Assembly: GCA_046754465.1 (NCBI GenBank)
Contig: JBHHVU010000007.1
Coordinates: 1-64,000, forward strand
Direction: 5' to 3'
Length of the DNA: 64,000 nt
DNA from: Nitrospinaceae bacterium
GTDB taxonomy: Bacteria > Nitrospinota > Nitrospinia > Nitrospinales > VA-1
Shown: positions 60,035 through 64,000 of the stretch, in pieces
How positions within the stretch are numbered: the first letter of the stretch is position 1
Layout of the letters: each line of letters starts with the position of its first letter
Program-made: the position numbers and the translations under genes
Notes under the pieces: generated by a model
What the model was told of the DNA's origin: nothing
Database searches by the model: none
The model's input: only the letters and a program-made list of their open reading frames with translations

Positions 60035-60721
60035 TTATTTTTTCGAGACCTGCGGGGAGATGTTGGAAAAATCAAAATTCACCTTCGTCACTCCGTCTCC
60101 CACCGTGACCGTCTGGTTCAGGCTACCCAGAACCTCGTGCCATGCTGTGAGAGTGTATTTCCCAGGAGGGACGTTGGGTATCTCAAAGGACCCTTTTTTA
60201 TCGGAGATCGCGAAAAGGGAATTCTCGGTGACGACTATCCACGCGGTCATCCAGCTGTGAAGATCGCACTCGATCTTGATGATTTCCGGTTCCTCTAATT
60301 CCTGCGTGTAATCCTCCTGCCCGGGGGTAAACATGATATTTATCGGATCATTGTCGAATGAGTACGAATGCAGGTTGTGATTGATCGGGTCCGACGAACG
60401 GATGACCAGTTCCGAGTCCTTCGGAACGGCGATCACATGAGGCTCATAATGGCATTGGGTCTGATCCAGGGTATATTTCCCGCGTTTTTCAGGAAGGTCT
60501 TCTCCTTCAATGGTTATCACGACATTTTTCAGACCCTTGTTTTCCACGAGAATTTTCTCATTGCGAATTTCCGGGCCGCATGCCTTTTTGTATTTTCCTG
60601 TTTTAAAAACCGGGGGGAGCTTGATTTTCGCTGAATAAACGGTCGTCCCCTGAATGGTGCCGGAAAAGGCGGCGCCGGGGAAAATGAGAACGGCGATGAA
60701 TAGTACTAATAACCTGGTCAT
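60035..60721 (-). CDS. Secreted cupredoxin-like/carboxypeptidase-regulatory-domain protein (paralog 3)
   Basis: GTIQGT; HNLH...CDLHSWM; GSFEIPNVPPGKYTLTAWHE. Confidence 0.82.
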   Translation of the reverse strand: MTRLLVLFIAVLIFPGAAFSGTIQGTTVYSAKIKLPPVFKTGKYKKACGPEIRNEKILVENKGLKNVVITIEGEDLPEKRGKYTLDQTQCHYEPHVIAVPKDSELVIRSSDPINHNLHSYSFDNDPINIMFTPGQEDYTQELEEPEIIKIECDLHSWMTAWIVVTENSLFAISDKKGSFEIPNVPPGKYTLTAWHEVLGSLNQTVTVGDGVTKVNFDFSNISPQVSKK

Positions 60722-61021
60722 GATATGAAATAAATAAGATTTATACCTTTATCTTCTTTTATACTAACTAATTGTTCATGTCAAGTAGAGGTGAATTTCC
60801 TTACATCCTTCAACAAATAAAATCGTTATAGTTCATCTCCGGACACCCCGGTGTCATTTCCGGAAAGAGCGGTCCCGTCCGCTCGGGGGTTCCGCACGTG
60901 TCGGCCGAAAGTTTTGGCTTCCATCCAGGGTCGGGCTGTTTTAAAATAGGCGAAAAAAGGTGAAAATTACTAAAAATAAGAGCTTCCTAACCCCGGTTTT
61001 ATTCCAAATAAAAGAGATGTC

Positions 61022-61507
61022 ATGTCTAAATTATTCACATTACTGATTATAAGTCTTTTCTGGGTGGGTTCGGCGTTCGCGGGAATTCCGGTTCCCGGAG
61101 ATAAGGCACCCAATTTTACCTTGCAGTCCGTCGATGGGAAAATCGTTTCCCTGGATACCCTGAAAGGTAAGGTGGTATTGATCGGGTTGTTTCACATCTG
61201 CGTTCCCTGTATGAATCAGGCCATGGAGCTGAACAAGGTCCGTCAACAGTTGAATTCCGATAAACTGGTGGTTCTCGGAATCAATACCAGCGGAGATTCC
61301 AAAAAAGCGGTTTTGGATTACCTGAAGGGTTTTCCCCGGCCGGTTCAATTTCCGTATCTTCTGGATCCTGGGCACTCGGTAAACAAAGCTTATGTGCAGA
61401 GAGATATGCCGACGGTGCTGATCATCGATAGCAAGGGCGTGTTGTTGGCCCGGTCACCGGCTGTAGGGGCGGATCAATTGATCCCTTATCTGAAAAAGCT
61501 GCTTTAA
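61022..61507 (+). CDS. TlpA/ResA-like periplasmic thioredoxin-fold protein
   Basis: Signal/anchor; GDKAPNFTL..GKVVL; CVPC; cis-Pro MPTVLIIDSKG. Confidence 0.85.
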   Translation: MSKLFTLLIISLFWVGSAFAGIPVPGDKAPNFTLQSVDGKIVSLDTLKGKVVLIGLFHICVPCMNQAMELNKVRQQLNSDKLVVLGINTSGDSKKAVLDYLKGFPRPVQFPYLLDPGHSVNKAYVQRDMPTVLIIDSKGVLLARSPAVGADQLIPYLKKLL

Positions 61508-61534
61508 TCCCACGCCTCACTCCAGATCCACGCA

Positions 61535-61560
61535 CGCCCCTTCCTTAATGGGAAGGGGCG
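61535..61560. other. Strong hairpin after the TlpA-like gene (possible terminator or processing site)
   Basis: cgccccttcc-ttaatg-ggaaggggcg; weak U-tract. Confidence 0.5.
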
Positions 61561-61628
61561 CGTGACTCCATTATTTTCCTCGTTTGGGTCGAACCCTTTT
61601 CCGGAATTCCAGGAGTGCTGCCTTGAAC

Positions 61629-62501
61629 ATGGAACCCGGTTTCTTCAAGAACCATTTTCAGCGGAAGAGGAATTTAATATTTCGCCGCGCCGGGCTGGGG
61701 GTTCTTTGCGTGGGTATATTATGCCTGGCTTTGGGGGCTTCCCCGGCGAGGTCCCCGGTTGGGAGCGGGCCTTTCCAGGCCGAGGTCCCTTCCTCCCCAG
61801 CGGAAAGTTATACGCTGCAGTTGAATTCCTTCAAAAACGAGTCCAACGCTAGAAAATTTTTCCAGGCTTTAAAAAAGAAAGGAATCGCACCCTACGTGGT
61901 CATCACCGGCACCGAGGACATCTGGTACAAAATCCGTCTCGGACCTTTTCCATCCCGGCGGGAAGCGGTAAAGCGCGCGAAAGAACTCCACACGGCTCAC
62001 GGCCTGTCCTCCTTCGTGGTCCGCTCCGAATCCTTTACGTCCCCAGCGTCGGTTTTCCCGAAAATCCCCCCTCCCGAAAAGAAATCCTTCCCCGGCAAAA
62101 CCGCCGGGTCCCATCCTCCCCCATCCGATCGGGAATCCCTGAATCCTGAAAATGCCGGGAATTCGGTGGACGTGGTATTCACCCAGTTCCTGATCTGGCT
62201 GCAAGCCATGCAGGATAATGATCTCGACGTCTACTTCTCATTTTACTCGGAAAATTTTGAGAGCGAGGGAAAGTCCTATAAAGAGTGGGTAAAAGTCCGG
62301 CGAAAATTTCTGGAAAAAAATAAGGGGATAAAAATTGAAGTCGACGATGTGGAAATGCAAACGGGAAAAGATACCATTGAGATGTCATTTATCCAGAATT
62401 TTCAATCGGGAGATTATTCCGGCGTCCAGCACCGTGTCCTGGTATGGAAAAAGGAGGGCGGCCAATGGAAAATCATCCTTGAATCCACCAAGCCCGCCTG
62501 A
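61629..62501 (+). CDS. SPOR-domain protein with C-terminal NTF2-like (Cds6-type) domain
   Basis: YTLQLNSF..NA..L.KKG..WYKIRLGPF (SPOR); W..AM...D...Y...YS..F...W...R..QxF.S..Y..WKI. Confidence 0.75.
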   Translation: MEPGFFKNHFQRKRNLIFRRAGLGVLCVGILCLALGASPARSPVGSGPFQAEVPSSPAESYTLQLNSFKNESNARKFFQALKKKGIAPYVVITGTEDIWYKIRLGPFPSRREAVKRAKELHTAHGLSSFVVRSESFTSPASVFPKIPPPEKKSFPGKTAGSHPPPSDRESLNPENAGNSVDVVFTQFLIWLQAMQDNDLDVYFSFYSENFESEGKSYKEWVKVRRKFLEKNKGIKIEVDDVEMQTGKDTIEMSFIQNFQSGDYSGVQHRVLVWKKEGGQWKIILESTKPA

Positions 62502-62567
62502 CTTTCCTAATCCGCGGATCGGGATTGTTCCGGGCCGCCAACGCGAAGAGGGGAGACCCTGCCGCGA

Positions 62568-63737
62568 ATGAGCCGAATGCGATTATTTTATTTCGCCCGA
62601 ATCGATTTAGGGATTGAAAACGCCGGATCGCGGCACGTTCTGGAATTCTGCCGCCAATTCGCGGCCATGGGGCATTCGGTGACTCTGTTCGTTCCCGACC
62701 TGGGAAAGCGGAAATCCGCCGAGGGGTTTTCCGTCATCTACGTCCCGGTCCTTTTCCCGAAACCGGCCCTTACATTTTTTACCTTCTATTTTTCCCTTTT
62801 CTTTCATTTTCTTTATTATTATTTCAAGATCCGACCGGAGATCGTCTACACCCGTCATCAGCAGATGGAATGGATCGTTACCTGGCTGCGGTTAATATTT
62901 TCTTATGTATACGTGGTTGAGATCAACGGATTGTCCAGGGTGGAATGGAAAATCCATTCAAAGCCAGAATGGGCCTTCCGTGTTATTTATGCGATGGAGT
63001 GGCTGGTGTTTCATCTTGCCGATAAACTGGTCTCTGTTTCCGCTCCTATTCGTGACATCCTGTGTGAAGACTATGGTTTGAAAAGAGATCGTTTTCTTGT
63101 CGCCAGCAATGGGGCCAATGCCGAAGTTTTCAGGCCCATGGACCCGAAAGAATGCCGGAAACGTCTCCACCTGGATGAGGAGGGGAAATACCTGGTTTTT
63201 ATCGGATCCTTCCAGAAATGGCATGGGTTGCATCAAGTCATTCTGGCCATTCCGGAACTGACAAAAAATATTCCAGGCATCCATCTTTTAATCGTTGGGG
63301 ATGGACCGGAGAGGGCCGCGATTGAAAATTTGATTTCCCGGTACAACGTGAAGGATTATGTGACCTTATATGGTGAAAAACCATTTGAGGAACTTCCCTT
63401 TTATATCAACGCGTCCGATATATGCCTGGGAACTTTTACGGAAAAGCCGGGCTTGCGTCCTCTCAAGATTTTTGATTACATGGCCTGCGGGAAACCTGTC
63501 GTTTGTAATTCCGTGGGCGGGCTGGATATTTTTTTCAATACCTATCGCGCGGGAGTCACTTTAAAGTCCAATGACCCTCGTGGCTGGGTGGATTCGATTG
63601 CCGAGCTTTATAACGATCCTCAACGGATGCGTGATTACGGAAAAAATGGCCGTGAAGCCGTTTTGAAAGAGTTTAATTGGGAAATTATTTGCCGAAAAAT
63701 CGCCGAAACCCTGGAGGCGGTTCACCATTCCATGTGA
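62568..63737 (+). CDS. Glycosyltransferase family 4
   Basis: NGAN..F.P, FIGSFQKWHG, IVGDGPE, PLKIFDYMACGKPVV. Confidence 0.92.
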   Translation: MSRMRLFYFARIDLGIENAGSRHVLEFCRQFAAMGHSVTLFVPDLGKRKSAEGFSVIYVPVLFPKPALTFFTFYFSLFFHFLYYYFKIRPEIVYTRHQQMEWIVTWLRLIFSYVYVVEINGLSRVEWKIHSKPEWAFRVIYAMEWLVFHLADKLVSVSAPIRDILCEDYGLKRDRFLVASNGANAEVFRPMDPKECRKRLHLDEEGKYLVFIGSFQKWHGLHQVILAIPELTKNIPGIHLLIVGDGPERAAIENLISRYNVKDYVTLYGEKPFEELPFYINASDICLGTFTEKPGLRPLKIFDYMACGKPVVCNSVGGLDIFFNTYRAGVTLKSNDPRGWVDSIAELYNDPQRMRDYGKNGREAVLKEFNWEIICRKIAETLEAVHHSM

Positions 63738-63898
63738 TTTTTTTTCACCTTCTCCTGGCACTTTATCTCACCTGTTTATTCCCTCAAAATACCTTGGCCC
63801 TTGATTGGGATTTTGAAGGCCGCCTAAAGACAGGGAGCTCCTTCGTATTCGAGTCCCCGCCGGGACACAAGGATTTTGACAGCGAGGCGGAACTGCGG

Positions 63899-64000
63899 AT
63901 GGGAGTTCTGGGCAACGCCTGGAAGAAAAAGGAATGGGTGCTGGATTATGAACTCTCCGCCGATGCCAAACAGGCGGACGGACCCAGCGTCCAAGCCGGT
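63899..64000 (+). CDS. Possible 5' end of a gene running off the window (MGVLGNAWKKKEWVLDYEL...)
   Basis: ATG at 63899 after GAGG, frame open to the edge; too short to assign. Confidence 0.35.
   Translation, partial: MGVLGNAWKKKEWVLDYELSADAKQADGPSVQAG

Overview
A 64-kb chromosomal window from a Gram-negative bacterium. The cytochrome and copper-protein complement suggests a nitrite-oxidiser of the Nitrospinota/Nitrospirota type; this is an inference, not a database match. Left end: a minus-strand polysaccharide operon (two GT4 glycosyltransferases, a heparinase II/III-like lyase, and a truncated downstream gene) preceded by a perfect CRP-type box. Then a di-haem c/EB_dh(DOMON) cytochrome, an FGE-sulfatase-domain protein, tRNA-fMet and a ferredoxin. 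Middle: housekeeping genes (rpsF-ssb-rpsR-DUF2232-rplI-dnaB with an S6:S18 leader, M23 peptidase, secA, dksA with a histone-like tail, djlA-like, two CNNM/CBS genes, thiL, sirtuin, cysH, htrA) and a small accessory patch (about 31.9-33.4 kb) with two tiny ORFs, one under a CRP-like box and one under a consensus sigma-54 promoter with a structured 5' UTR. The most striking part is about 42.6-61.5 kb, a periplasmic copper/haem redox island. It holds two ~1,640-aa six-domain (MnxG/ceruloplasmin-like) multicopper oxidases in direct repeat at a constant 7,950-bp offset, with long identical tracts alternating with three diverged patches. It also holds three paralogous secreted proteins with an amicyanin-type Cu motif, two tri-haem cytochromes, a rubrerythrin-like protein, an ECF sigma factor with no adjacent anti-sigma, and a TlpA-like thioredoxin. 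No CRISPR array, transposase, integrase or reverse transcriptase was seen.
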